Assembly: GCF_009914755.1 (NCBI RefSeq)
Contig: NC_060948.1
From: the human T2T-CHM13v2.0 reference genome, Homo sapiens
Direction: 5' to 3' (one strand)
DNA length: 64,000 nt
Shown here: positions 13,438 to 27,255 of the stretch, piece by piece
Numbering within the stretch: the stretch's first letter is position 1
Layout: each line of letters begins with the position of its first letter
Made by a program: the position numbers and the translations under genes
Notes under the pieces: model-generated
The model's database searches: none
Told to the model about the DNA's origin: nothing
The model's input: only the letters and a program-made list of their open reading frames with translations

Positions 13438-13669
13438 TCTAATATTAATTTGCAAAATGGCCTCGGAACATGGGCCTTTAGATTTTCCATTGTGCTGTTT
13501 CATTCTGTAAGTATAGGCTCTTAGTGGCAGTACCACTGTGATAGGCATTGTGACTTAATCCCTTCAGATGTGTTCTTTGTCTTCATTTCTCACTGGGGGG
13601 TTGGTAAGCACTGAGTATCAAGTATGGGTCAAAGAGCTTTCATGCTGATACCTTAAAATATAACTTCTG

Positions 13670-13945
<276 letters not shown>

Positions 13946-14515
13946 TTATGTCACAAAAAGAGTCATCCAATTGTTCAAACGCACATCCATGCAAACTTGG
14001 TCTCACCTGATGATGTCATGGTGAATGGACAGAAGGGGCAACCCTGCCCAGTGGTTTTGTCATTCCTGCAGTTGGAGGTTAAGGATCAATATTGACAGCA
14101 CACTATTCCATTTCAACAAGAATCTAACATGAAAAGCAATGCTGGAAGATTGATTACAGCTGCAAATACCATCTCTGGGGGGAAAAACATTTTTCTGGGA
14201 CTCTGATTGAATCTCAGAAATTGTTGCTAGAAGCCTAACTTCAATAAAGCAAAATCCACATTTACAGAAATCTATATGGATAGTAATTTTTCTCTAATGT
14301 GATGTTCTCTTCTGAATATTTTTTACCAAGTGGTATTATGCTTTATATTTCAAAGCATAAACAATATATTTATACATTAATAAATTGTTCAAGACCATAT
14401 AGTTGTTTTGTCTAAATGTCAACAAGTTAAAAGAAAAGACTTATTAAGTAGGTTCAAAGCTATATTCCTGGTTTTCTTCTGAGACCATTTTCTATTCATG
14501 TCTAGGACTCTGTAT

Positions 14516-14822
14516 CAGAGGTCAAAAAAAAAACCTATTTCTTAAAAGCTTAGATAGTAAATAAATATTTCCAGCTTTGAGGGGCAAATAGTATCTGTCA
14601 CAACTATTCAATTCTGATATTGCAGCACAAAAGCATTAAGGGAGTGGAGGCAGCTGTGTTCCGATACACTTTGTATTACAGACACTGAAATATGAGTCTT
14701 ACCTACTTTTCACATATCCTAAAATAATATCCCTTTTTCAACCATTTAAGCATGTGAACCTTCTATGAAAACAGGTGTCAGGACAGATTTTTCTTGTGGG
14801 CCATTGTTTGTACATACCCAGC
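14516..14822 (+). mobile_element. MER58B (hAT-Charlie)
   Basis: atctgtcacaactattcaattctg...tttttcaaccatttaag...aaaacaggtgtcagg...gggccattgtttg. Confidence 0.75.
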
Positions 14823-14825
14823 CCT

Positions 14826-15140
14826 ATTCAGAAAATATCTACTGAATGTTTGTTATGGTCAACAAATGAGATATGGTCTCTGCCCTCTTGATCCTTAGAG
14901 CTGTGGAAAGGACAGCTGTCACATGAATACATCAGGAAATAAATGAATCTATTATGCAAGTAGTAATAATTGCTATCTGGGGAAAAAGAGGTGCTATGAT
15001 AGTCAACAGTGGGGGAGCGTGCTTCATATAGGGTAATGATGGAGGGCTTCCTTGCGGCAGTGGTGTAAGCCAAGACATGAGGATGGGTAGGAGTTAGGCA
15101 GAGAGTGGGCAGAAGAAAAGTGGGGAGAGAAATCCCCTAG
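14826..15140 (-). mobile_element. L2 relic
   Basis: attcagaaaatatctactgaatg...atggtctctgccctc...gagggcttccttgcggcagtgg. Confidence 0.6.
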
Positions 15141-15142
15141 AA

Positions 15143-15629
15143 CAGCAGTCCTCAACCTTTTTGGCACAAGGGAACATTTTTGTGGAAGACAATTTTTTCC
15201 AAGGGTGGAGATGGTTTGGGGATGATTCAAGTGTGTCACATGTATTGTGCACTTTATTTATATTATTATTACATTGTAATATATAATGAAGTAATTATAC
15301 AACTCACCATAATGTAGAATCAGTGGGAGCCCGGAGCTTGTTCTCCTGCGACTAGACAGGCCCATCTGGAGGTGATTGGAGTGACAGGTCATCAGGCAGT
15401 AGGTTCTCATAAGGAATGTGCAACCTAGATCCCCTGCATGCGCAGTTCACAATAGGGTTTGTGCTTCTATTAGAATCTAATGTTACCACTGATCTGACAG
15501 GAGGCAGAGCTCATGCAATAATGTGTGTGATGGGGAGCAGCTGTGAATACAGATGAAGCTTGGCTTACCTGCCATTCACCTCTGGCTGCACAGTCTGGTT
15601 CCTAAGAGGCCTGGGGGTTGAGAACCCTG
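15143..15629 (-). mobile_element. MER1A (hAT-Charlie), second copy
   Basis: Homologous to 6457-6961; TSD-like ccctagaa / ctctagta. Confidence 0.9.
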
Positions 15630-15653
15630 CTCTAGTAAAGAAAGAGCTCATGA

Positions 15654-15925
15654 GGCTGGGCACAGTGGCTCACACCTATAATCCCAACATTTTGTCAGGC
15701 TGAGGATCCATTTAATCCAGGAGTTTGAGACCAGCCTGGACATCATAGTGGGAACCTATCTCTACAAATACTACAAAAATTAGTCAGCTGTGGTGCTGCA
15801 GCTGTAGTCCCAGCTACCTGGGAGGCTGAGGGGGAGGATTACTTGAGCCTGGGAATTCAAGGCTGCAGTGAACCATGATCACCCCACTGTCTGGGCAGCA
15901 GAGTGAGACCCTGCATCCAAAAAAA
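15654..15925 (+). mobile_element. AluJ
   Basis: ggaggattacttgagcctgggaattcaaggctgcagtg. Confidence 0.92.
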
Positions 15926-16103
15926 TTTTTTTTTTAAAAAAGATCATGTCATTAAGTGTGTCAACATATGATTACCCGGTGTGTGATTATTGATCTTTTG
16001 AATGAATTCACAGGAAGAGCCTGATGCTGTTGATTTGACTCTGCTAAGAGCCCGTCAGTTGCTGAACCTGCACATGGTCATCTCAATAAGTTAAGATCTT
16101 CCT

Positions 16104-16397
16104 GGCCAGGCGCGATGGCTCATGCCTGTAATCCCAGCACTTTGGGAGGCTGGGGCGGGTGGATCATGAGGTCAGGAGTTCGAGATGAGCCTGACCAAAA
16201 TAGTGAAACCCCATCTCTACTAAAAATACAAAAAAATAGCCAGGCATGGTGGCAGGCACCTGTAATCCCAGATACTCAGGAGGCTAAGGCAGGAGAATCA
16301 CTCGAACTGGGGATGTGGAGGATGCATTGAGCTGAGATCGTGATCAAGCCATTGCACTCCAGCCCAGGCAACAGTGTGAGAATCCATCTCAAAAAAG
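16104..16397 (+). mobile_element. AluS (Sg/Sc-like)
   Basis: ggatcatgaggtcaggagttcgag; TSD aagatcttcct / aagaatcttcct. Confidence 0.93.
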
Positions 16398-16937
16398 AAT
16401 CTTCCTAAGGACAATGGCGCAAGATCGTCTTCAGCTGTTCATAGCATGAGTATGGGAGATGTGTGTGTTTGTATCTTCACTCTGATACTCACATGTTTGA
16501 CTCACTCAGACCATGTCGTCTAAGTCAAATAGTGGTATGCAGTGACCTTCATAATGGTGGTCAGGACACTCTGATATTGCAGGGATGACATGAACATGGT
16601 GCTATTGCCACTATCTTTCATTCAGAAAGAACTTTCCATCAAAGGGTCAAAGGGGAGCATCTGTGGGGCAAATATATTTTTATAGAGAAAGACTGTGCTG
16701 GGCCACTGGGGGCAGCCTGCATAATCTGATGAGAATAAAGAAGTGGCCTGTTATGTGGCAAGTCTAGAGGAATATAGGGGTGGGGTCTTATGAATGATTT
16801 AATGCATCCTTTGGACACTTGAGGTGGCTTTAGTTGAATCAGCAAAGATACAGAACAATGGCATAGTGGGAAAGCTCACAGTACACTTGCTCTCAACTGG
16901 TCTGCTGCTGTAATACCGGAGGGGCAGAATGGGGCCC

Positions 16938-17460
16938 CTATCTGCAGGAGGAGCTCCTCTGCCTTGTGGAGGTGAAGGATGAGGGCATAACCAGGTCTCT
17001 CCCGACAGGAAGAACTCTTCACCCTAGTGGAGTGAGGGCTAATTGCATACCCAGGTTTCTCCCTGCAGGAAAAGCACTTCCCCCTTGTAGAGGTGAAGCC
17101 TGAGGGTGTAACCAGGTCTCTCCCTTCAGGAATAGCCCCTCCTCCTGGGGGAGGTGAAGGCTGAGAGCCTACCTAGGTCCCTGCAAGAAGAGCTCCTCTC
17201 CCTGGCGGAGGTGAAAGCTGAGGGCATAAGCAGGCTTATCCTTGCAGGAGGAGCTCCTCCCCTTGGTGGAGGTGTGGGCACACCCAGGTCCCTCCCTGCA
17301 GGAGGAGCTTCTTCCACTGATGGAGGTGAGGGTTGAGGGCATACCCAGGTCCCTCCCAGCAGGAAGAGCTCCTCCCGCTGGTGAAGGTGAGGGCTGAGGA
17401 GCAGAGCATGGTCCGTCCTTGCAGGAAGAGCTCTTTTCATTGGTGGGAGATGAGTGTGCA
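16938..17460. repeat. Degenerate GC-rich ~61-bp tandem array, 9 units
   Basis: tgcaggaagagctcctc motif recurs near 16944, 17006, 17064, 17126, 17182, 17243, 17298, 17358, 17420. Confidence 0.92.
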
Positions 17461-17822
17461 TGGTGAAAGTCTTTGCAGTGGATGAAGGAAACATAGTTTT
17501 AAAAACCTCTGCAGGGAAGAATCCCTGTTATTTCATACCCATTCTTGGACATACCTGCACCCTATGGCACTGTACTATCAAGACACCAAGGGGCACAATA
17601 TTGACCATTCAGAGCATTTTATAGTCCCCCATAGTAGCTGGCTTAGAGTAATGGGCAGGAAGATGTTTTCAGATGTAGTTGGTTCAAATCAGTATGAAAA
17701 GACTCCCAAAGTCAGAAACCTCAAGGCTGGGGATTCCATCCCACATGCTGGCATTATATTCCTAGGGTGCTTTTTCACCACTGTATGCCTTAGTTTCTTC
17801 CTTTGTAAAATGTGACTCAAGG

Positions 17823-18130
17823 GGCCAGTCATGGTGGCTCACGCCTGTAATCCCGGCACTTTGGGAGGCCAAGGCAGCTGGATCACCTGAAGTCAGGGGT
17901 TTGGGACCAGCCTGGCTAACACAGTGAAACCTTGTTTCTACTGAAAGTACAAAAGTTAGCCATGTGTGGTGGCATGTGCCTATAATCCCAGCTACTGGGG
18001 AGGCTGAGGGAGGAGACTTTCTTGAACAGGGAGGTGGAGATTGGAGTGAGCCAATATCAGACAAATGCACTCCAGCCTGGGCACCAGGGCAAGACTCTGT
18101 CTCAAAAAATATAAATAAATAAAAATAAAT
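17823..18130 (+). mobile_element. AluSx-type
   Basis: ggatcacctgaagtcagg...; (AAAT)n tail. Confidence 0.93.
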
Positions 18131-18324
18131 GGAAAAAAATGGATGAATGGCAGTTTCAGAGAGTGCTTATAAAAAGTAAGAGAAGACCTCTGTTTTAGGA
18201 AAAATGTGGTGAAAACCTGGATAATCCTGTGAGCCAGGGAGACTGGAGCTGAAAGCGGGCTTGCAGGGTGATTTAATGATTTTCAGAACGCAGCTTCAGG
18301 GGTTACAGATAGTAGTAGTTATGT

Positions 18325-18493
18325 GTCAGGGTAGACTTTGCCCTTCAGAGAGAATTTGGTAAAGTTTGGAGACATTTTTGGTCATCAGAACTTTGGAGTG
18401 GGGTGCATGTAGTGGGTGGAGGCCAGGCGTGCCGCTAACCATCCCACGGTGCACCCACAGTTCCTCACAAATCCGAAATGGCGACAAACCCTG
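18325..18493 (+). mobile_element. MER20 relic
   Basis: tttggagacatttttggtcatc...gtagtgggtggaggccagg...aaaccctg. Confidence 0.7.
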
Positions 18494-19844
18494 CTCACTG
18501 CAACAAGAGGCTTTAACTTAATCTTCTGTTTCTTCCTAGAATAGTCAGTTGTCTTTTACTTTGAGGGATATGAGTCAGAATAAGAATTAAAGAGAACAAA
18601 AGGACAATGACATTTTAGGATTTTTGTTTCTATTAAATTTAAACCCCATAACAGAAGATTCTCTGTCTGGAAGCAATATCCGTGGAGGCTTAAAGCCTCA
18701 GCTTCTACTCATGCCTAACGCTGAGCAGCTTAACAAATTCTTTTTCCCTTGTCATTCCTGTAATTTGTTCTTTAAAAGGATTATGTGTTCCTTTTTTCTG
18801 ATTCAGAAACAAACTTTTTCAGCATTTTAAAGAATAATTTATTTTCTAAAGCCATTGTTAATACACAGGCTGGCTTGAATTTCTGACCTCACTTTCAAGG
18901 TTTTTAGCATCAGCTAAGTAGGGTTTTATTATGATTTATTCCTCTGGAAACTGTACATTTTGCAGAGAAATGCTTTAAGTACCTTTTTTTTTTTTTTTTT
19001 TTTTTTTGGTCCTTGTAATCTACAGGAAAGATTGGCATTCTCTAGACCCAGATAGAAAGGCTCTGAAAAAATTGGCAGACACAGTAGCTAATTAAAAATA
19101 TGCAGCTGAAAGGTTTATGATTAATTCATGATAAACTAATACAGCATTCATTATCCTTTCTTAATGTTCTGAGGTAAAGTGGGAGTGTTGCAGTGGCCGT
19201 TAAAATATTTGTTCTAAATATCTAACAACAGTGTCCACTCTATCTTTACCAGCATAAAGCCATCTTCGTGGAGGTATTTTAATATGCTTCACAATTCAGA
19301 ATTCTGGGTTCTTGCATAGAGAGTATTAAACTCTTTCCCTCCCCTAAATGGATGAAGACTTTGGGGATTGTCAGAAAAACGCTTATATTGTCTGTAGTTT
19401 TCCTGATTTGTGCCCCTCCAAAAAAAAAGAAGGCTTACTGATAGGAAAATATAATTTTATTATGAATTTAGAAAAGAGAATTTCCTTTGTATGACATGCC
19501 ATTTTATTTGAAAGAGCCTATCAGAAGTCTTTTGGCTTAATTTTGCTTAGGCATATACCAGAATAGTGCGTATATTTTTTTTATTCCTTTGATGGTGAAA
19601 AATTTTTTAAAGTGCACTGTAATGCTTAATAAGGCTATGTTAGGGTTGCGAATGTAGATGATAAGAAGCACATTTTAGTATCAAGTTATTAATCCCAACC
19701 ACAAAAATTATTACTGCCTGTTGTGTATCAGAAAAAATAAAGGAGAAAAAGTTAAGCGGTAAATGGGTAGGGGAGATGGAGCAATTTGGAACTTATAGCC
19801 TTAACCATGTGTTGATTGATTATAGGGTTCCTGGAATCATGTAT

Positions 19845-20661
19845 GATGATGAAAAAAAATACAAACTCTGCCAAAATATCTAAAGTGGTTTATTCTGAAT
19901 TGATATGAGTAACTATGGCATAGGGAAACAGTCTCAAGAGGTCTTGAGAGAGTGCACTCAAGTTGGTTGGATTATAGAATTGCAAGTAAAATTGGTTCAG
20001 CCCCAAAACGAGGGATATCTCAAAGTAGAGGCTTCCAAATTATAGGCAGGTTTAGGGATTCTTTGGTGGGCAATTGATTGAAAGAATTAAGTTTCGTCTA
20101 AAGACTTGGAGTCAGTGGAAAGGAATGGTTTAAATAAGGAGCCCTGCGACCTGTCATGTGATGCCATACTAGAGTCAGCTGGGAAAGGAAGCCACATTAT
20201 GCCAGATTAATTAAAAACAAAAACAAAACAAAACAAAAAACAACAAAAACACGTTTAATGAAATTTCGTGGTTGGCAAGGTATGATTCAGGGACACTACA
20301 CAGGTGTTGTTGTGTCCTTACAGGATTATATCAAGAGGTAGTGAGGGCTGAACTCTGACCTTTTTTTCTTGCTCAACGTCCTTACTAAGGGGCCTAGGGA
20401 TTCATACCTTGCAAATAATGAGATTTCATTAAATGTATTGTTTTTAACTTTTTTAATTTCCCCGAATAAGGAGGGGTAGTTTTGGGAATGGACTGTTGTC
20501 ATCCCTCCTTTAATGTCAAACTGTAAACTAAAATCCTCCCATAGTTGGCTTGGCCTACCCAGAAATGAGCAAGAGAACTTAGCTTGTGACATCAGAAGCA
20601 AGATGGAACCAGTTATGTTAGATTTCTCTCACTGTTGTAATTTTGCAAAGGAATTTTTTCA
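19845..20661 (-). mobile_element. ERV1 solo LTR, MER4-group (LTR8/MER39-like)
   Basis: Reverse complement begins ..cctttgcaaaattacaacagtgagagaaatctaac..ccatcttgcttct; AATAAA near 19888 on the minus strand; subfamily uncertain. Confidence 0.7.
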
Positions 20662-20687
20662 AATTCCTATTGCTTCATTATGTGATA

Positions 20688-21020
20688 CAGTCATGGATCA
20701 CTTAATGATGGGGATGCATTCTGAGAAATGTACCAACAGTTGATTTTTGTCATTGTGTGAACATCATACAGTGTACTCACACAAACCTACTATATATGTA
20801 GGCTGTATGGCATTACCTATTGCTCCTACACTAAACAACTGGACAGAATGTGCCTGTATTGAATATTGCAAGGAGCTGTAACACAATGATAATTATTTGT
20901 GTATCTAAACGTGTCTAAAAACAGGAGGTACTGTAAAAATATGGAATTATAATCTTATAGGACTACCATTGTATATATGATTCATCATTGCCAGAAACAT
21001 CACCACGTAGTACATGACTG
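20688..21020 (+). mobile_element. Tigger3a/MER7A MITE
   Basis: TA|cagtcatg...cttaatgatggggatgcattctgagaaatg ... catgactg|TA. Confidence 0.88.
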
Positions 21021-21898
21021 TATTTATAAAATAAGTATGGAGGCTGCAGTGTTGCTTTTCCATGTTGCTTCTTTATGTAGTATTTAGCACATGGGAGATT
21101 TTTGTCAAGAAGTGCAATTAGAACTTGTCTTTGGTAATACCTGTACCACCCTCCAAACTTCTCACCTTCTACTTTCTTTTACCCAAAACAGAGTTCACAT
21201 GACAACATAATCACTGCTGAATACAATCTCTAGAGTTGTCTCAGGATTTATAAACATAGTGATGGATTTCACACTTCCCATTCTTCATGGTTTGTGGAAT
21301 CAGAATTATCACAGGTGCTGTGGCTCTGTGGACTTTTAAATTAGAGCAAGAGCAACAAAGCCTGTCTTGCTTTTTCTTGGCAAGCACACCTTGTCTTCAG
21401 AATTGAGAATAACTTTGTTCTATGTTTTAAATTATAGTGTGTAAAAATGCTTAAGGAATAAAACATTGCATTTATAAGAAGACGTCTTACACAGACACTC
21501 CAGTCAACACTTAATTTGCTACCTTTACCTCCATTCTAGTGAAAGCACTTAGAATGTTTGACTTAATGTGCAGTGCTTGGCAAACTGCTCCTATTGGAAC
21601 CCCCAGGTTCCTCAGGCTGCTCCTGGGAACTTCTTCAGCCACTGGGGGGAATTGTCAGAGATTTAGTTTCACCCTCTTCTATAAGAACAGCACTGATTTT
21701 CATTCTATTAGACATTCTTATGCACAGAAGTTCCTGTGACTAAAAACAATTACAACCACTACTTTATCTACCTGTTCTGTTTTATAACAGCAGGCAACAA
21801 TGAAGCTGAAAGATGTTAAGCTGTTTATGTAAAGACTAGATAAGGTCTGTGTATACCCTCTGCTGCATCTTGGCCATGATTTCTTTAGTTGAATTCCT

Positions 21899-22050
21899 GC
21901 ATAGGGGAGGAAAAAGTAATTTTCCTCTACCCTTTCTGAGTTCTTATATAGTACAGACCCTTGTAACAAAAGGCAGATAAACGAGAAAACAAGTAGAAGT
22001 TTATTGACATGGATACTTCCTGTTTATCTGCGAAATACCCAAGGAAAATT
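21899..22050 (-). mobile_element. MER34-group ERV1 LTR 3' fragment
   Basis: taggggaggaaaaag...ttgtaacaaaaggcagat...agaagtttattgacat. Confidence 0.6.
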
Positions 22051-22064
22051 GACTAAATTTCAAA

Positions 22065-22130
22065 TCTCCCCTCCTTGTTCCTTCCCTCCGTCCCTCCCTT
22101 CCTTCCTCCTTCCCTCCCTTCCCTCCCTCC
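22065..22130. repeat. (CCTT/CCCT)n polypyrimidine repeat
   Basis: Direct reading. Confidence 0.85.
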
Positions 22131-22864
22131 ATCATCAATTACTTATGATGTCCTTCCTCACTGTGAGATCATGGATAATCATGATAGTTTTTCTGAGCTG
22201 CTTCATGGGCTCACATGGCCCTAGGCTGGGTGCTGCTCAGTAGCAGGGCTTCTGTTGCCTGTTGTTGTAAAGGCACTGGTGGGCTTGGGCATGTGTAGTA
22301 CCCAGACTCCATGGACAAGGGAAAAAGAAATATAAGATGTGGGGCTGTCTGAGTAAAATAGACTCTTGGGCAATTGCAAGATCATCCATGCTAGCAAAGG
22401 AAAGCTCTTAGCAGGAGTAGCTCTTTTCTAGTTTAATTACTTTGAATTACGTAAGAGGCTTTCCCTATCTACACACCAATGTCCTTATTTTTTAGTGAAG
22501 AAGAGAAAGAACAGGAATGTAATTATTGCAATTATTATTCATCATGTTTTGTTGTTCCCCCCAAGCTAAAAGTGACAATTCTGTGCTGTGGTTCTTTGGG
22601 GATCTTACATGTGAGAGTGCAACCACAGAAAATGGTATCAGTTGGACATGAAGGCTTTCTGCCCATACTGACCAGCAGCTTGCTTGGGAGCAGAGATCTT
22701 CAGCTTGAGGAGCAAATAGTGGGCACTCATTCACTGACTTTATTCAGGGACCGATTCAACTGTGACTGGAGGGGTTGGCTGATGTAAAACTCTACGTTGG
22801 AAATTATTTGGTTTATTTTCTCATATATGTGTGTGTGTGTATATATATATATAGTTATTGTTGT

Positions 22865-23167
22865 TCTTGAGACAGGCTCTTTCTCAGTTGCAAGAGTATG
22901 GCACTCCCAATTGGAGTTCAGTGATGGACGGCATCATAGCAATCTCTTCCTCCTGGGCTCAAGTGGTCCTCCCGCTTCAGTGTCCTGAGTAGCCAGGATC
23001 ATAGGCACACACCACCACCATACTTGGCTAATTAAAAAAAAAAAAAAACGTAGAGACAAGATCTTGCTATATTGCCCAGTCTGGTCTAGAGCTCCCAGGT
23101 TCAAGCAATCTTCCTGCCTCAGCCTCAAAATGTGCTGGGATTACAGGTGTGAGCCACCATTCTCAGT
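22865..23167 (-). mobile_element. AluJ preceded by (TG)n(TA)n
   Basis: ctgggctcaagtggtcctcc...gctgggattacaggtgtgagccacc. Confidence 0.9.
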
Positions 23168-23448
23168 GGAAATCATTTTTCCTCTGGATTTCACAGTCAT
23201 TGCATAATTGTCTTGTACCACTCAGGGGAACTGCCAAAGCCGGAACTTGATTGTATGTAACCCATCCACTCACTGCACTCTCTATACAGTTAGGATTTTG
23301 TCTTGGTGCTCTGTATCCTAAGGTTCCATGAAAATTAGCTTTGCTCTGGGTTAATTTTTCTTCACTGTTTTTGGCCCCCAGGTCTGTTCAATATTGAAGT
23401 TCACGCCTTTCAAGTCTAAACCTATGTCTTGCTTTATTGCTTTGGCAA

Positions 23449-23484
<36 letters not shown>

Positions 23485-23488
23485 CCCC

Positions 23489-23519
<31 letters not shown>

Positions 23520-23525
23520 GTCTCT
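23449..23525. repeat. (CT)n microsatellite, interrupted
   Basis: Direct reading. Confidence 0.9.
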
Positions 23526-24248
23526 TCCTCTGGAATATCTAATAGCTAAGATTGGGCCCCTGGTTATGATATCCTAATTTTCATGTCTTTTTTCTCCTGT
23601 TATCATTCACCTTGCCTTTTTGTTCTAATGTTCTTTGAGATGTCCTCACCTTAATCTTTCCAGCATTCTGCTGAATTATTTCATTTATCATGTTCTGTGT
23701 TTTCAAAAGTTCTATTTTGTTCTCTAAATGTATTGTTCTCATACCATCCTTTTATTATTTATTTGCTTATTTATCCATTAGTCTTTTCTTTCTTTTTTTT
23801 TTTTTTTTTTTTGGTTCTTTGATTGCTGGCCATATATGACCAGCCATATGATATTGCTGATAATCATATTTTATCTATAAAAATGACTATTTCTAATGAT
23901 TCATCCTATTAGTTTGATAAAGAGATGTTGTCCCACTTGTCAACAATGAAAACCCTTCCTTTTCATTCCAAACCAATAAAGAACAGTGTGATCCAAGGGT
24001 CTTAAATAAGAGGTATGCATGTATCTGTATGAATAAAATTTGAATCCTAATTCAAGGAAGTATGAACCTAAAAGCTATGCTGAAAGATTTTGTTGTGAAT
24101 TTAATTATTATTTGATATGTCATCTAGACCAAATGTTATCAGAGAAAAAAAAAACAGTTGCTTAGTTTAGATTTGGCAAACAAAATTGATATTCTTTTTC
24201 TATACTTTATTTTAATAGCTTGAAATTTTCATTAAAAATTCCACTTTG

Positions 24249-24579
24249 GGCTGGGGGCAGTGGGCAATGGCTCAGGCCTGTAATTCCGGCACTTTGGGAG
24301 GCCGAGGAGGGTAGATTACTTGAGTTCAGCAGTTGGAGACCAGCTTAGGGAACATGGTGAAACCCCATTTCTAACAAAAATGAAAAAAAAAAAAAATCAG
24401 CTGGGTGCAGTGGCACACTCCTCTAGTCTCAGCTCCTCAGGAGGCTGAAATGGGAGGATCCTTTGAGCCTGGGAGGAGAGGAAGGTGCAGTGAGCTGCCA
24501 TTGCATCACTGTACTTCAGCCTGGGCAGCAGAGTGAGACCTTGTCTCAAAACAAAAAGAAAAAAAAAAAGAAAAAAAAA
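24249..24579 (+). mobile_element. AluJ
   Basis: Full dimer, A tail; TSD-like aaaaattccacttt / aaaaattaccttt. Confidence 0.92.
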
Positions 24580-25611
24580 TTACCTTTCTTCCCTCATGCA
24601 AAGGAAACACATTTTAAAGAGTTGCTGATTGATTTTTCTGCATTGTCCAGTTGAACTGAGTTGAGTTTTTATTCAAGTGACAACTAGCACACTGTCCTCA
24701 AATCTCTTTTGCATTGCAGACATGACTTTGATTACATTGTCTTCAAGCATTTCCATGATATGTGCAAGTTACAGGGATTAACAATGTACCTGGAACTGGA
24801 GGATTGGATAATGGTGGTTAACTTTTAACAATTCACTCAAGAAATTCTTAGTTATGAGCACTTTTAGGCAGGGATGAAGTTTAGTTTTTCATATTGATTG
24901 AATTTATAAATATTAATGTTTTTCTAAATAATGTCATAAAATGATCTTTTAGTGATGAAATAACCAAGTCTCAATAGTAAGTTTTCACCATATAGTATAA
25001 TGTAGTAATAGGGAAATTCAGAGTTCAAAGTATTTTAATGTTGTAAACCAGTTTTGAGCTTTAATGAGAGAAGAATCATTATGCACAAATGAATTTGCAT
25101 GTCTATTTTATGGTGTTTCTGTAAAATCATTTATAATTATAAACTGGTCAGGAACTTAACAAATAACTGAAGAATTATGCTATACCTTAACAGAAAGAAT
25201 CAGCTACTATTCACTTACTTTTAGCAGTCTCAAGGGTATACATATCTGTTTAATATCATGACTTCTCCCCAAACAGATGCATGTAAATATTTTCCCTGTT
25301 GTACTTTGCTCTAGGAGATGAGGGGGCAAAAGAATGGTTTCCCAGGCTTCTGGTTTGTAGGACAACAGATAAAACAAGCAGTCAGTTGGATATTATTGGA
25401 ATCTTCGACAGAGAGCCTGAAATGCTCATTTCTCTATTATGGTAAAATCCAACATTTGCTTCACACATGGTGATACAAAGCAGTAGCATTTTCCATAGTA
25501 TTTGCAATACAGTGAAAGTATAAGTTAATGAAACTTGGGCATTAGCTCTTTCTCTCCAAGAGAGAATGAGTGTTCCTTTAACCCTTTTTAATTTTTTTTT
25601 ACAAGTGGTTT

Positions 25612-25892
25612 TGTTTATTTTTTTAATTTTTATTTATTTATTTTTTTGAGATGGAGTCTCACTCGGTTGCCCGGGCTGGAGTGCAGTGGCGTGATCTCAT
25701 CTCACTGCAAGCTCTGCCTCCCGGGTTCATGCCATTCTCTTGCCTCAGCCTCCTGAGTGGCTGGGACTACAGGCGCCCACCACCACGCCCAGCTAATTTT
25801 TTGTATTTTTAGTAGAGACAGGGTTTCACTGTGTTAGCCAGGACGGTCTCCATCTCCTGATATTGTGATTCATCCGCCTCAGCCTCCCAAAG
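25612..25892 (-). mobile_element. AluY, 5'-truncated
   Basis: caagctctgcctcccgggttcatgccattctc; ends at cctcccaaag. Confidence 0.92.
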
Positions 25893-26354
25893 CTTTATTT
25901 CAATGAAAATAAGATACGCTTATTGGGAAAAAAATAAAAAAATCAGAAAAGCATAGAAAAGAAGCATATGATAGTGCTACCATCTATACTCACTATGGAA
26001 ACAGTTTATAAATATCATTCCAGACTTTTCTATGTGTAATATATAGAAATGTCAGGTTACTATTCATTAAGTTTTATAATTTTGTTTTTAAGTTTTTTAT
26101 GTTGATATAATTATAAACTCACAAGTAATTATAAAAACAGTACAGACAGGTCTCTCCTACCCTTTACCCTGTCTTTTCCAGTGATAACAAAAACTGCTGT
26201 TTTTCAGCAGACGCTTTTTCCTGTATTTCTAGACTTGCAGAAAAATTCCTGAATAGATTCAAATAATTTTTCTCCACCTTCTTCCTTCCTCTCTTCCTTT
26301 CTTCTTTCTTTCCTACCTACCTTCCTCCTTCCTTATATTTTTCCTTTTCTTTCT

Positions 26355-26816
26355 GTAATTTCCCAACACTGCTATAACACGTTATAGTGAACTGAGTGGG
26401 TTAAAACAATGTAAAACAATATAACCTTACCCTTCTGGAAGTCATAAGCACAAAGTGGGTTTCACTGCCTTAAAATCACGGTGAGGCCCGGGCTGCCTTC
26501 TTTTCTGGAGGCTTTAGGGGTTGAATTCTTCTTCTTGCCTTCTCCTGCTTCTAGAGGGTTTCTACATTCCAGGCTGCTGGGCCCTTCCTCCATCTTCAAA
26601 GCTGGCAGCATAGTGTCTTCCAGTCTCTCCCCACCTCCTTCTTAGAGGGGCCTTTGTGATGACAGTGGGCCCACCTGGCTAATCCAGGAAGTTCTTCCCA
26701 TCTCAAGATCCTTCATGGCACTTGCCAAGTGCCCTTTGCCATGTAAGGTAAAGTGTGAGGTGCCAGGGATTAGGTTATGGGTGCCTCAGGGCCTGACCAT
26801 TACTTAGCCCACAACA
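26355..26816 (-). mobile_element. MLT1 (MaLR) LTR
   Basis: ttctggaggctttagggg...cttcctccatcttcaaagc...atctcaagatcctt...gccatgtaaggtaa...cccacaaca. Confidence 0.85.
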
Positions 26817-26987
26817 CGTCCCTTTCTTCTTTCTGTTTTGAGGCTGGACCATCCAGCCAATAGATTCTCGACCTTTTTTACATGTAGGGGTGGTGCCAAG
26901 CCTTGCATAGCAGGTCAGATTAAGTTGTAGTTCGATCAATGTTTGTAGATGGAATTAAAAACTGAATTGCAATATAAAGATTAATAC

Positions 26988-27255
26988 TACAGATTTTAAA
27001 AAATATTTATTTTCATATTATGTATTTTATATATAATTTTATATATCAATGCATATATATGTGTTTATATAAATATATTTATATTTATATATTGATACTA
27101 TTGTTTTATTTTAAATAATTATTAAATATATTATATTTAATTAAAATATGTGTAATTAAAAATAAAAAATTCAAATATAATTTGAAAATGAATTAGAATA
27201 CAAAAATGAATACAGATTTTTAAAAAAATATTTATTTTCATGTTATTTATTATAT
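26988..27255. repeat. AT-rich low-complexity tract (continues 27855-28030)
   Basis: Almost exclusively A/T; split by the L1 insertion. Confidence 0.85.

Noticed and set aside
16938-17460. CRISPR-like or coding repeat (ORFs 17126..17494 and 17154..17336)
   Set aside because: Units are contiguous with no unique spacers, the DNA is primate, and unit lengths shift the frame
18983-19008. Poly(T) tracts here and at about 23785-23812 as orphan retro-insertions
   Set aside because: No flanking target-site duplication found
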